Source: an uncultured delta proteobacterium (GTDB lineage Bacteria; Desulfobacterota; Binatia; Binatales; Binataceae). From it: a stretch of DNA of 64,000 nucleotides. The position numbers and the translations under genes were made by a program. The stretch covers positions 96,001-160,000 of the forward strand of contig CAVQEQ010000001.1 in NCBI GenBank assembly GCA_963711565.1, in the 5' to 3' direction. This document shows, piece by piece, positions 40,991 to 51,546 of this stretch. Within the stretch, counting starts at the first letter, position 1. Every line of letters begins with the position of its first letter. The notes under the pieces were generated by a model. It did no database searches. It was not told the origin of the DNA and saw nothing but the letters and a program-made list of their open reading frames with translations.

Positions 40991-42895
40991 ATGAAAGACG
41001 CGACCGAAGCTACGCGCGCCGCAAACCGCGCTGCGCTTGCACTGGTGCCGCTCGCGGATCGGCAGTCGTTCGAAGATGCTCGGCGGGGTTTTATCGAAGC
41101 GCTCGGCGACAAGCTGATCACGCGCGCCGACGGCAGGCTGGTATGGACGCTCAAGGGCTACGAGTTTCTCGAGAGCGAGAACGCGCCCGACAGCGTCCAT
41201 CCGGGACTGTGGCGCCACGCCCGGGTCAACACGGCCAACGGCCTCTATCGGGTCACGGATCGCGTTTACCAGCTGCGCGGTTTCGACGTATCCAACATGA
41301 CGATTATCGAGGGCGACACCGGTTTAATCGTGATCGATCCGCTCATCTCGACCGAGGTCGCCAGGGCGGCGATGGAGCTGTACCTGAAGCATCGGCCGCA
41401 TAAGCCTGTCGTCGCGGTCATCTATTCTCACAGCCACATCGATCACTTCGGCGGCGTTCGCGGTGTCGTCGAGGCCGACGACGTGGCGTCGGGCAAGGTA
41501 ACGATATGGGCGCCCGCGGGCTTCATGGCGGCGGCGGTGGGCGAAAACGTAATCGCGGGTAACGCGATGCTCCGGCGCGCGCTGTTCCAGTTTGGCGCGA
41601 TGCTGCCTCGGGGCGAGCGCGGGCAGGTCGACACCGGACTTGGCAAGAGCGTCTCGCTCGGCACCGTCACGCTGATTCCGCCGACCAATTTGATCGAAAA
41701 GCCGATCGAGACGCATCGCATCGACGGCGTCGAGATCATCTTCGAGCTGACCCCCGATGCCGAGGCGCCGGCCGAACTGATCATGTACTACCCGGATTTC
41801 CGCGTCCTCAACATGACCGAAATCACCACCCAGAATTTTCACAACCTGCTGCCGATGCGCGGGGCGCTGGTGCGCGACTCGCTGGCATGGTCGAAGTACA
41901 TCGGCGGCGCGCTTCATCGCTACGGCGCGTCGAGCGAGGTCCTTATCGCTCAACACAACTGGCCCGTGTGGAGCGGCGATCGCGTCCGCGGTTTTCTGCG
42001 CAAACAGCGCGACGCCTACAAGTTCGTGCACGATCAGACGGTGCGCCTGATGAATTACGGTTACGTCGGTGCTGAGATAGCCGAGAAGCTGAAGCTGCCC
42101 GCGAGCCTGAATCAGGAATGGTCGGCGCATTCGTTTTACGGCAACCTCAAACACAACATCAAGGCGATCTACCAGCGCTACCTAGGTCACTATGACGGCA
42201 ATCCAGCCAGCCTCGACTCACTGCCGCCGGTCGAGGCCGCGAAGAAAAGCGTCGAGTACATGGGCGGCTCCGAGGCGGTGCTCAAGAAGGCGCGCGAGGA
42301 TTACGCACGTGCCGAGTATCGATGGGTCGCGCAAGTGGCCTCGCAGCTCGTGTTTGCCGACCCTGCCAATCGCGACGCGCGCGAGCTTGGCGCCGACGCG
42401 CTCGAGCAGTTGGGCTACCAGTCGGAGTCGGCGACCGCGCGCAACGCGTATCTGCAGGGCGCCTTCGAGCTGCGCAATGGCGTGCCCAATCTCCCGGGCG
42501 GGTCCGGTGCGGCGCCGGACATTGTCCGATCGCTTCCGCTCGACATGTACTTCGATTTCATGGCGGTGCGGTTGAACGGCGACAAGGCCGCGGGCAAGAC
42601 AATCGTGCTGAACTGGCGCTTCACCGACACGAAGCAGGACTACGTACTCAATCTCGAGAACAGCGCGCTAACCTCCGTCAACGGCATGCAAGCGGACAAC
42701 GCCGACGCGACGCTGACATTGACCCGCGCGACGTTGGACGAGATTTCGCTCCAGAAGACTACTTTCGCGTCAGCGTTGCAGTCCGGGCAGATTGCGGTCG
42801 GCGGTAAAAGCGAAAAGTTCGTCGAGTTGCTAGAGATGCTCGACGTGTTCCCGATTCGGTTCCCGGTCGTTGAGCCGCGTCCGACGCTCAAATAG
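40991..42895 (+). CDS. Alkyl/aryl sulfatase, SdsA1/BDS1 family
   Basis: HSHIDHFGG, YQLRGFDVSN, HNLLPMRGA, YDGNPA, C-terminal SCP2-like domain. Confidence 0.92.
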   Translation: MKDATEATRAANRAALALVPLADRQSFEDARRGFIEALGDKLITRADGRLVWTLKGYEFLESENAPDSVHPGLWRHARVNTANGLYRVTDRVYQLRGFDVSNMTIIEGDTGLIVIDPLISTEVARAAMELYLKHRPHKPVVAVIYSHSHIDHFGGVRGVVEADDVASGKVTIWAPAGFMAAAVGENVIAGNAMLRRALFQFGAMLPRGERGQVDTGLGKSVSLGTVTLIPPTNLIEKPIETHRIDGVEIIFELTPDAEAPAELIMYYPDFRVLNMTEITTQNFHNLLPMRGALVRDSLAWSKYIGGALHRYGASSEVLIAQHNWPVWSGDRVRGFLRKQRDAYKFVHDQTVRLMNYGYVGAEIAEKLKLPASLNQEWSAHSFYGNLKHNIKAIYQRYLGHYDGNPASLDSLPPVEAAKKSVEYMGGSEAVLKKAREDYARAEYRWVAQVASQLVFADPANRDARELGADALEQLGYQSESATARNAYLQGAFELRNGVPNLPGGSGAAPDIVRSLPLDMYFDFMAVRLNGDKAAGKTIVLNWRFTDTKQDYVLNLENSALTSVNGMQADNADATLTLTRATLDEISLQKTTFASALQSGQIAVGGKSEKFVELLEMLDVFPIRFPVVEPRPTLK

Positions 42896-43104
42896 TCTAG
42901 GAATCGCCTACTGCTAACCTCGTGTCGCCTTCACCCCTCTGATCTGTCACCACTGGCGACAGTTTGACTTATGCTGCGCTAAATCACGTTATGTGGTGCT
43001 TCTTGCTAAGGAAACTAGCGGTGTACACTAGTTTATTCAGGTGCTACCGTTCTTTACGGTTGTTTCGTAGGTCGTAGCTTATTGCGTTTGCCACGGGGGA
43101 TCGG

Positions 43105-46100
43105 TTGGCAGCAATTGTAAGCAGAGAGCAGTCCTCTACTACTGAGCCTCAAGGCGCGCTCTACAGACCGGCTTTGTTCGCTCTGAACGGCGACTTTTGG
43201 ACCGTCGGCTATCAAGGCGAGACGTTCTCACTTAAGGCCTCGAAGGGCCTCGCCTACATTCATCGCTTGCTGGGAAATCCGCATGAGGAGTTTCATGCGC
43301 TCGATTTGTTGAGCGGCGACTCCGGCACTCAATTCATTCCCGAAAGCACGACTGACGAGACAGCTTCAGCAGACTCGTTCCTGACTGTCGGACGCCTCGG
43401 AGATGCCGGGGAGATGCTCGACGGCAAGGCGAAACAAGATTACAAGCTCCGGCTGGTCGAGCTCAGAGAGAAACTGGATGATGCGCGTGAACGGGGTGAA
43501 AGCGACCGAGCCGAGGAGATTGAGTCGGAGATAGAATTCCTGGCGCGTGAAATCTCGCGCGCTGTTGGATTGGGCGGGCGCGATCGCCGAGCGGGCTCGG
43601 CTGCGGAGCGCGGACGCCTGAACGTGACACGCGCCATCAAGGCCGCGCTACAGAAGATTTCGGAGCATGACAAAACTCTGGCAGAACCACTCGAACGGTC
43701 GATCAAGACGGGCTCGTTCTGCAGTTATGCGCCCAATCGCGCGTCCTTGATAAAGTGGCAACTTTCGACCGAAGCCGAGCCTCGATCTATCGAGGTGGCG
43801 GCGACGCCGCTTTCTCTCCCCCGGCCCGACGCGAGATTCCTTGCGCTCGCCGACCAGACAAAATTTGTTGGCAGGGAACCCGAACGCGCGACGCTGCTCC
43901 ATTTGCTTGATCAGGCGGCGCACGGTGATGAATGCGTTGCCATGATCGCCGGCCCCGCCGGAGTGGGCAAGACTCGCATAGCGACCGAAATTGGCGCCGA
44001 GGCTTCGGCCAAGGGATTCCTCACGCTGGCCGGCAATTGCTACGAACGCGACGACGCCGTCCCGTTCATCCCGGTGGTTGAAATTCTGGAAAGCTTTCTC
44101 GCGCGCGCCGCCAGTCCGGCGGCATTCCGCCGGGCGTTGGGAGACGATGCGGCTGAGATTGCGCGGCTGGTGCCGCAACTGCGCCGTACCTTTAATGATA
44201 TACCGTCACCGCTCGAAGCGTCACCCGAGCAGTCGCGGCGCGTTCTGTTCAATGCGGTCGCGGAGTTTCTGGTTCGTGCAGCCTCCGATACTCCGCTTCT
44301 TCTACTGCTTGAAGACCTTCACTGGGCCGATGAAGGTACAATGGCGCTAATCACTCATGTCGCGCGCGCGGTCTGCAAGCTGCCGGTCATGATCATGGGA
44401 ACGTTTCGCGACAACGAACTTTCTCCGGCTGGTCCGCTGGCGCAGGCGTTGGATAACTTCACGCGTCTCCATCTACTCGAGCGCATCAACCTCGGCGGCC
44501 TTTCCCCGAACGCCGTCTCCGACATGATTCGTACTTTGAGCGGACAGGAGCCGCCCTCCTCACTGGTGGACGCTATCCACTCGGGCACCGAAGGTAATCC
44601 GTTTTTCATCGAGGAATTGTACAAGCACTTGAAGGAGCGCGGGCGCCTCTCGGATTCCAGTGGGGCTCTGCCTCGTTTCTTAAAGCTGGATGCACTGGAC
44701 GTGCCGGAGAATCTGCGCCTGGTAATCGGAAGACGCCTGGCGGGGCTTGGGGACCAAACGCGAAAAGTCCTCGGTACCGCGGCGATCATAGGCCGCTCGT
44801 TCACCTTCGGCCTGCTTGAGGCTTCGACTCGCACGGATACTGACATACTCCTTGATTGCGTAGAAGAGGCGGAAGGGGCGGGAATTATTTCCTCAACCCT
44901 GGAGTACCCCGAATCCTTATTTCGCTTTTCGCATGAGCTGATCGGTCAAACCGTCGTAAGCGAAATTTCCGCGCCCAGGCGACAGCGTCTTCATTTGAAC
45001 GTGGCGGACGCTATCGAACGCGTTTACGAGAATGCTCTCGAAGACCACGCACACGATCTCGCGCACCACCTGTGGCACGCGGGACCCGTCGCGAAGGTGG
45101 ATAAGACGGTCAAGTATCTTGCGATGGCTGCCAATCAAGCGCTCGCGCAAAGTGCTTATGAGGCCGCGCTTAAGCACGTACAAAATGCACTAACTCTCCT
45201 GGCAAAATTACCCAAGTCAAAGGAGCGCTCGCGTCAGGAACTAGGTCTTCGAATCGATCATGGAGTGGCGCTGCTGGCGATTGATGGTTGGTACGTTCCC
45301 GAAGTAGGCAATACCTATCGACGCGCGCGCGAATTATGCCAGGAGCTAGGATTGGGCGGGGATCCAAGTCTGTTCTCGGTCGTCTTTGGTCTCTGGATGC
45401 ATCACCTGGTTCGTGGGGAGCATCGCGATGCGCGCTACTTCGCGGAGGAATGCCGGCAACTGGCAAGTCAGCTGGGTGACGACAAGCTAACGCTTTATTC
45501 ATTGTGGGCCTTAGGATGTAGCCAACACTTCATGGGCGAAATGACCGCGGCACACGACACCCATGACATCGCGATCCGGCGACGGAATTCCGCCCGCGAT
45601 GCGGGTCTGTTTACCTTCGGCCAGGATCCTATGATGAGTTGCTTGTACTATGACGCGGTCACGTTATGGATTCTTGGAGATCTTAAGCAGTCGCGCGAGC
45701 GGGAGCTCGAAGCGGAGAGGTTGGCACGTAAACTCGAACACCCATTCACGCTGGTCTGGTATCTCGTGAACGATGCGATGTTCTGTGAACTTCGACGGGA
45801 CTACCGTAGCGCCGATGCCCGGATGGCCGAGGCGATCCCAATCTGCGAGGAAAACGGGTTCGCGCACAACTTGACGATCGTCCGCGGTCTGCAAGGGTTG
45901 AGCCTTGGGGCTCAGGGAAAGATACACTTGCCGCCGTCGGCCGTTGGTTCGGAACGGGGGTTGGCGCCGATCGGACACGAGCTGTTTCAACCTTGGGTAC
46001 GAGGCGCGATGGCGGAGGTCCTTGCCAAGCAGGGGCATCCGTCGTTGGCGCTGGCCGTGCTCGATCAAGCAATCGAACTAGTCGATCGAATTGGTGAGCG

Positions 46101-46413
46101 GTTTTTCGAGGCAGAACTGCACCGTATCAAGGGTGAAGTAATTCTGCTCGAGAGTGAAAAAGAAACCGGTGACGGTGGAAAGAGCGCGGAGCGAGCGGAA
46201 CAAAGCTTTCGTGATGCGCTAGCGATCACTCATCGTCAAAACGCCCGAACATTTCAATTACGCGCCTCGATGAGTCAGGCCCGGCTGCAAATGAAAAAAG
46301 GTCAGAAGGCCGAGACCAGAGAAGCTCTTCGCGAAGTTTATAATTCGTTCGGCGAGGGGATTGAAAGTATCGATCTTGCCGAGGCGAGGAACCTGCTGCT
46401 CGCGTTTGACTAA
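43105..46413 (+). CDS. STAND-type AAA ATPase (AAA_16) with TPR-like sensor repeats and an N-terminal putative DNA-binding domain
   Basis: FVGRE, Walker A GPAGVGKT, Walker B LLLLEDLHWAD, GNPFFIEE, FSHEL, AELHRIKGE. Confidence 0.85.
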   Translation: MAAIVSREQSSTTEPQGALYRPALFALNGDFWTVGYQGETFSLKASKGLAYIHRLLGNPHEEFHALDLLSGDSGTQFIPESTTDETASADSFLTVGRLGDAGEMLDGKAKQDYKLRLVELREKLDDARERGESDRAEEIESEIEFLAREISRAVGLGGRDRRAGSAAERGRLNVTRAIKAALQKISEHDKTLAEPLERSIKTGSFCSYAPNRASLIKWQLSTEAEPRSIEVAATPLSLPRPDARFLALADQTKFVGREPERATLLHLLDQAAHGDECVAMIAGPAGVGKTRIATEIGAEASAKGFLTLAGNCYERDDAVPFIPVVEILESFLARAASPAAFRRALGDDAAEIARLVPQLRRTFNDIPSPLEASPEQSRRVLFNAVAEFLVRAASDTPLLLLLEDLHWADEGTMALITHVARAVCKLPVMIMGTFRDNELSPAGPLAQALDNFTRLHLLERINLGGLSPNAVSDMIRTLSGQEPPSSLVDAIHSGTEGNPFFIEELYKHLKERGRLSDSSGALPRFLKLDALDVPENLRLVIGRRLAGLGDQTRKVLGTAAIIGRSFTFGLLEASTRTDTDILLDCVEEAEGAGIISSTLEYPESLFRFSHELIGQTVVSEISAPRRQRLHLNVADAIERVYENALEDHAHDLAHHLWHAGPVAKVDKTVKYLAMAANQALAQSAYEAALKHVQNALTLLAKLPKSKERSRQELGLRIDHGVALLAIDGWYVPEVGNTYRRARELCQELGLGGDPSLFSVVFGLWMHHLVRGEHRDARYFAEECRQLASQLGDDKLTLYSLWALGCSQHFMGEMTAAHDTHDIAIRRRNSARDAGLFTFGQDPMMSCLYYDAVTLWILGDLKQSRERELEAERLARKLEHPFTLVWYLVNDAMFCELRRDYRSADARMAEAIPICEENGFAHNLTIVRGLQGLSLGAQGKIHLPPSAVGSERGLAPIGHELFQPWVRGAMAEVLAKQGHPSLALAVLDQAIELVDRIGERFFEAELHRIKGEVILLESEKETGDGGKSAERAEQSFRDALAITHRQNARTFQLRASMSQARLQMKKGQKAETREALREVYNSFGEGIESIDLAEARNLLLAFD

Positions 46414-46473
46414 TCGTCCACTCATCGAGATCGGCCCTCTCATCAACCGGTCCACGTCAGGAGCCAGTTCGCG

Positions 46474-47457
46474 ATGAGAGCAGTAGTTATCGGCGCGACT
46501 GGGCATATCGGCAACGCCGTAGTCCGCGCGCTCCTCGATCAAGGACTCGAGGTCACCGCAACCAGCCGCAAAAGCGCGCCGGGCTACAATCTAGCCGACC
46601 TGCCTGTGCATTTCGCATGCGGGGACAGCTCGGTTTCCGGCCAATTCGACGCATGGATCTCCGGCCACGACATTGTTGTCGATGCGGCGGCGCCGTATCC
46701 GTTAAGCGTCCTGCAAGGCACCCGCAACTCGAACTCTGACCCTGTTTCGGATGCGGTACGACGCACTCGCGATCTGCTTAAGGCGGTTTTCAAGCACAAC
46801 GCGCGCCTCGTTTCGATAGGATCGTTTGCGACGATCTCGTCTCAGCGAAGAGGCTTTGATGCGGTGCAACACGAGGTGATGCGCCGTGCGCATCCATACT
46901 TCGCGGTAAAAGAGGCGATCGAAACGGCGACCATCGATGCTGCGCGCAACGGAATCAAGGCGATACTGCTGAATCCCACCATGTGCATCGGGCCCTGGGA
47001 CATGCGCAATCGCGAGTTCTGCATAGTGCCGCGTCTGCTTGCGAGTGAAATTCCGGCGATGACGAATCAAATTCTGAATCTTATTGACGTGCGCGACGTT
47101 GCCGACGCGACAATTGCGGCGCTCAAAGCTGAGAAGTTCGGCGAGCCAATCCCACTTAGCGGACACAACATCTCGGTGGACATGTTATTTTCATGGATTT
47201 GCGAGATTGGCGGAGTCCGACCGCCGCGCACCTGTGTCCCAACAAGCTTGGCCGTTGCGGGTAGCTACTGGGCGGAGCTTGCACTTACACTGCTAGGACA
47301 GAGCACTCCGATGCCATCGGTATTTCTCATGCTGGCAAGTACTTTGGATTGCCCGACGCGAGATCGATGTCAAGTTGAACTTGGAATAGCACCTCGTCCG
47401 CTGTATGGGACCATCCTCGACGCGATCGACTGGTATAGGCGAATAGGTTACTGCTAG
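46474..47457 (+). CDS. NAD-dependent epimerase/dehydratase (HpnA/dihydroflavonol-reductase-like extended SDR)
   Basis: GATGHIG, YFAVK (YxxxK), NPTMCIGPWD, IDVRDVA. Confidence 0.8.
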   Translation: MRAVVIGATGHIGNAVVRALLDQGLEVTATSRKSAPGYNLADLPVHFACGDSSVSGQFDAWISGHDIVVDAAAPYPLSVLQGTRNSNSDPVSDAVRRTRDLLKAVFKHNARLVSIGSFATISSQRRGFDAVQHEVMRRAHPYFAVKEAIETATIDAARNGIKAILLNPTMCIGPWDMRNREFCIVPRLLASEIPAMTNQILNLIDVRDVADATIAALKAEKFGEPIPLSGHNISVDMLFSWICEIGGVRPPRTCVPTSLAVAGSYWAELALTLLGQSTPMPSVFLMLASTLDCPTRDRCQVELGIAPRPLYGTILDAIDWYRRIGYC

Positions 47458-50426
47458 CCGCGTATTCGCTCCCAATACCAGTGTGGGTCCTTGGACGCGT
47501 CCTTATCCGTCCAGTCGGTTTTGCCAAGCTTGAACCAGGATCCAGCAGATTCGCGGCGAATTCGAAAACCAGGCAGCGGCTTGGGGTAGTGGACGAGTTC
47601 TATTGGATGCGGTGAAGCATCTTCCGCGCCGCCCGATACGTCGTAATCCGACGGCTTTATCCAGTCTTCTTTCAGGATGTCCTCAAGGGCGGTTTGCGGG
47701 TCGACCTTTTCGATCGCATCTGCCAAATCCCGCCGCGTACATCGTTTCGACGCGACCTTCAGGTCAGTGAAAGATTTTTCAAGCAGGTCGATTGTCTGCA
47801 GCAGTTCTTCTACTCGGAACGAATTCACGAACGTCGTCCAGGAGTCGTCTGGAGCGGCGCCAGGATCCTTGGATGGTACGCGGAAGCGTAGGTTCAAAGA
47901 ACTGAGATGCTTTTGCAATGCGTTTTTGCCCAGCTTTTTCTGATATTGATGGAGCTCGTCTGCCAGAAGGCCGCGGAGCCATTCCTCTGCGATAAGCTGC
48001 ACGGCTTGTTGCTTCTTCTCCTCCTTGAAGTACCGGGATAGCCCGGGACCGAAAAGGGATCGTCCCTCCTTATCGCCGAAAAGGGGCGGAGTTGGCACCT
48101 TGCTGCAATCGTCGTTGGTATGCCAATTCTCTTCGGTTCCAGCGCGCAAGCAAAGATTCTTGCTGTCTGTCCCTGCCATCGCCACCCTTATCCAGAAGGG
48201 GCGGATCGGTTCAATTACTTCGGTCGGTACGTTGCCAATCTCCGGGTCCCATACGCTCTTCGTCCATTTCACTTCGAGGCCGAGAGCATCCACTATAGGC
48301 AAGGTGTCATACTTGGGAATCAACACATGAAGCGGGTGCTCAAACTCGCCAATCCCCTGGACAGATTCGATCGATCGGCTGACTTGAACCAAAGATTGCA
48401 AACAAGCTTTGTCCAGGTCGCCTGCGTCCATGAACTCCTTCAAGGCAACGCTGAAAATCGGAATATTGAAAAACAGAACTGCGAACATCGCACTCTTGAC
48501 AATTTCCAGCGATGCAGAATCCGCACCCGCCGTTTCGGCCTTACGTCTGTAATCCCTAAGTAGCGTATGCGCCCAGTCCCAGAGCGACCTGCTCTCCGTC
48601 GCCGAAGCCGGAGGACACTGACCCCTATCGATCTCGAGTACCGCACGACTAACGGCCTCCGCTCCGACATAGTCCGAAGGTATTAGGTCGGTCCAGATTT
48701 CAAGGAGCGGCTGCAACAACTGTTCAGGCTTACTGTCTGGATCCATCCAATTGGTCGGCGGACTCTTCAATTCACTTAGCAGGGTAGGCCTGCCGTACAC
48801 TTCATGGTCGGTGATCGCAGAGACTTGAGACCCAGCGAAGGTGAATGCCGGCAAGAGCGCTACGCTAACCAGATCCTTGCCGTGGTAGAGCTTTACGGGA
48901 ATGACGATCGCAACTTCGCGATCGGTCACAAGGCCGGCGCTGTTCAACTGGGCGGTTAATCCATCGTAGCTCGCTGCGAGCAGATACGCATAGGAGCCCC
49001 AGGGTTCCAGCCGGTATGGAATGCCATCAAGTGCTTCGTTGGTAAGATATTCCTGGCAGTAGTTGAACAGCTTGCGTTGATTCGCGATCATAGGAAGGAC
49101 GCGAATTGTCAGCGTCGGAAAGGTGAACGGACCGGTTATCTCCTGCAGCGCTCCGCTGCCCAGCGGAATGTACGGAATCCTTGTCTGTCCGGGGCCCGGA
49201 TTTGGCGCCGGCAAGGGTAGCTCTTCTGACCAACCGGAGCATCGGCTACGCCAACATAGAGTGTCACCCTGGCCATAACTCAGATCCGCACTCATCCAAA
49301 ATGGCGTCTGAGGCTCCAACAGGGTCACATCCCAATCGCCGACCGATGCACGTCCAGCAACTTCCAGGCCGAGGTTCTCGACAATCGGCTGCGTCGCGTA
49401 CCGAAACAGCCGCAACAGGAAGCGCCCCGAAAGAGGATCGCCTGAGCGGAGGTCCAACATGAGGCCCGCGTCATTGATCCTTTCCATGGTCATTTTCGAA
49501 AGCGTGACGGCTTGATAGCAAGCGGAGTCAGGATCCTCCGCATCGCGGAACTGTTTGAGATTTATTGCGTTCCCTTCGTAGCCTAAAGCCTGAGGAAAGG
49601 GATCGATTTGCGGATCACCTATAACTCGGGGAAGTAAGGCTCTGAGATTCTGAAACCCGAGATCGCTTGCGGCTTGCAGATATCCCAGGTCACCGAACTC
49701 TTGATAACGATAGGCACCGAGATCCGCGAACGAACGCGCCGCATCGGACATAAACGACATCGATCTGGCGATTGCGTTCGGCACGGCGGTTACGAAATCA
49801 CTGCCCGCGCGCCGCATCGATTGAAATGGAGCGGGTTCGCGAACTACGTCGAGAAAGGGTACGAATTTGTCTGTCTCCCGCGCACCCCGTGGACCAGGAA
49901 CTTCGAGACTGAGCCGGATCACCAAGTCCAGGTCGAGAGGGTCCAGGCTGGGCGTGAGGCTATCCATTCGCATCGCGACTTTCGGCCACCCATAGACCTC
50001 GCGGCCATTTCTCACCGAGAGTGGGTTATCGGCAAAAATAAATGGAGAAATCGTCGCCCAATCCATGAACACCAGCTCGTTGCCGTTCCTCCGATAGCAC
50101 TCGAGTGGAATCGTAAAGCATAGTTCGCGCGCTCCGAACCAGCCCATGTTCTGCCATTCGATCGCCATACTGCCGTAGTCGATTATCTGCAGCAGGACAT
50201 AGGGCAGCGCTGGACGAAAGAAAAAGGGCGGACGGTCCTGTTCGTGAGTGAAGTTAAGGTATAGGTCGCAGAATTGAGTCAATCGCGCCATACTGGCCAT
50301 CAGCGGGTAAATCTGAAAGCTGACGTTCGACAAGCTCATATCTACGTCGGTTCCAGTCACTGCCATGACGGGCTGGGCATGATCTACTGCTGTCCCGGAA
50401 TATCGCGGCAGTTTGTCTGTACGCAT
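47454..50426 (-). CDS. Large protein with two tandem acetoacetate-decarboxylase-like domains
   Basis: Internal repeat: GREVYGWPK versus DHEVYGRPT, and LKQFRDAEDPDSACYQ versus LKEFMDAGDLDKACLQ. Confidence 0.65.
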   Translation of the reverse strand: MRTDKLPRYSGTAVDHAQPVMAVTGTDVDMSLSNVSFQIYPLMASMARLTQFCDLYLNFTHEQDRPPFFFRPALPYVLLQIIDYGSMAIEWQNMGWFGARELCFTIPLECYRRNGNELVFMDWATISPFIFADNPLSVRNGREVYGWPKVAMRMDSLTPSLDPLDLDLVIRLSLEVPGPRGARETDKFVPFLDVVREPAPFQSMRRAGSDFVTAVPNAIARSMSFMSDAARSFADLGAYRYQEFGDLGYLQAASDLGFQNLRALLPRVIGDPQIDPFPQALGYEGNAINLKQFRDAEDPDSACYQAVTLSKMTMERINDAGLMLDLRSGDPLSGRFLLRLFRYATQPIVENLGLEVAGRASVGDWDVTLLEPQTPFWMSADLSYGQGDTLCWRSRCSGWSEELPLPAPNPGPGQTRIPYIPLGSGALQEITGPFTFPTLTIRVLPMIANQRKLFNYCQEYLTNEALDGIPYRLEPWGSYAYLLAASYDGLTAQLNSAGLVTDREVAIVIPVKLYHGKDLVSVALLPAFTFAGSQVSAITDHEVYGRPTLLSELKSPPTNWMDPDSKPEQLLQPLLEIWTDLIPSDYVGAEAVSRAVLEIDRGQCPPASATESRSLWDWAHTLLRDYRRKAETAGADSASLEIVKSAMFAVLFFNIPIFSVALKEFMDAGDLDKACLQSLVQVSRSIESVQGIGEFEHPLHVLIPKYDTLPIVDALGLEVKWTKSVWDPEIGNVPTEVIEPIRPFWIRVAMAGTDSKNLCLRAGTEENWHTNDDCSKVPTPPLFGDKEGRSLFGPGLSRYFKEEKKQQAVQLIAEEWLRGLLADELHQYQKKLGKNALQKHLSSLNLRFRVPSKDPGAAPDDSWTTFVNSFRVEELLQTIDLLEKSFTDLKVASKRCTRRDLADAIEKVDPQTALEDILKEDWIKPSDYDVSGGAEDASPHPIELVHYPKPLPGFRIRRESAGSWFKLGKTDWTDKDASKDPHWYWERIRG

Positions 50427-50487
50427 CCCTGACTGTCCCCCTGCTGGATCTGGAAAGGCGCTGTTCAGGTCTTAGTGCGAGCGGGCT

Positions 50488-51510
50488 TCAAGTGCGTTCT
50501 ATTACCCAGGTCACCATCTCCTCGAGGAACCGCTTGTCGCGAGAGTCGGGCAAGCTCGCATAGACCTCGGAAAATTCGTGCAGCGCGGCGCCCGCCAGCC
50601 CATGCGCGATCTGGCGCGCATACTCGACGCACCCATACTTGTCCATTAGCCGGCGGACCCAGAGGATGTCACATAGGCGGCGTCGATCCCGCGCCAGTGA
50701 CATCAGCTTCGACAACTGGCTGCGTTCATCGACGTTCGCCTCGCGAAAGAGCCGAATCAGCATCAGCGTGCGTTTGCCCTCCCAGATGTCGCCGTTGAGT
50801 TCCTTGCCGTAGGATCCCTCCGCGACAAGGTTGAGCAGATCGTCCTGAATCTGGAAGGTCGCGCCGAGCAGGAACGCAAATGGGCCGAAATCATCCAGAT
50901 TAACCGAATCGCGAGTACCTATCAGAGCGCCCACCCGAATCGGATAGATTGTTGCCAGCCAGCACGTCTTCTTCAGCACCATCGCAAGATAGTCTTCATC
51001 CTCGAGCGCGGAGGTGTTGTCCTTGCGCCATCCCAGCTCGAGTGCCTGTCCCTCGGCGCATTCATGCGCCATCCGCTCGGTCTCTTCGATAATGCGCAGC
51101 GTAAGATGATCACCGATCAGGTCGCGATTCTGGATAAGCGGCCTGAGACTCAAGAGTGACAGCAGGTCGCCGGCGTTCAAGGCGAGCGGCACGCCGTGAA
51201 GAACGTGAAGCGTGGGCCGGCCGCGCCGCTCTTCACTTTCATCCTGGATGTCGTCGTGAATCAGCAACGCGTTGTGAAGCAACTCGATCGAAACCGCGGT
51301 GAGCAATGCCTCTTCGAGCCGCGCGCCGAACGCGCGGGCGGTCGCGATGCAGAGACTGGGACGCATCATCTTACCGCCGCGTTCCGGATAATCGGCCACC
51401 AGATCGTACAGATACCGCCGGGGTTCGCGCGCAGGCAGGTAGTCGCGCACCGCAGCCCTGGTGAGCTCCCCGTATTCACGCATCGTGTCTGGAACCAGAG
51501 TGGACGTCAT
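50488..51510 (-). CDS. Polyprenyl diphosphate synthase (GGPPS-like)
   Basis: GGKMMRP, FARM HDDIQD...RRG, GQALEL, KT, SARM FQIQDDLLN, EGKRT. Confidence 0.9.
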   Translation of the reverse strand: MTSTLVPDTMREYGELTRAAVRDYLPAREPRRYLYDLVADYPERGGKMMRPSLCIATARAFGARLEEALLTAVSIELLHNALLIHDDIQDESEERRGRPTLHVLHGVPLALNAGDLLSLLSLRPLIQNRDLIGDHLTLRIIEETERMAHECAEGQALELGWRKDNTSALEDEDYLAMVLKKTCWLATIYPIRVGALIGTRDSVNLDDFGPFAFLLGATFQIQDDLLNLVAEGSYGKELNGDIWEGKRTLMLIRLFREANVDERSQLSKLMSLARDRRRLCDILWVRRLMDKYGCVEYARQIAHGLAGAALHEFSEVYASLPDSRDKRFLEEMVTWVIERT

Positions 51511-51546
51511 GCCATCAATCTTGCGGCTCCGGTGACCTGTTACTTA

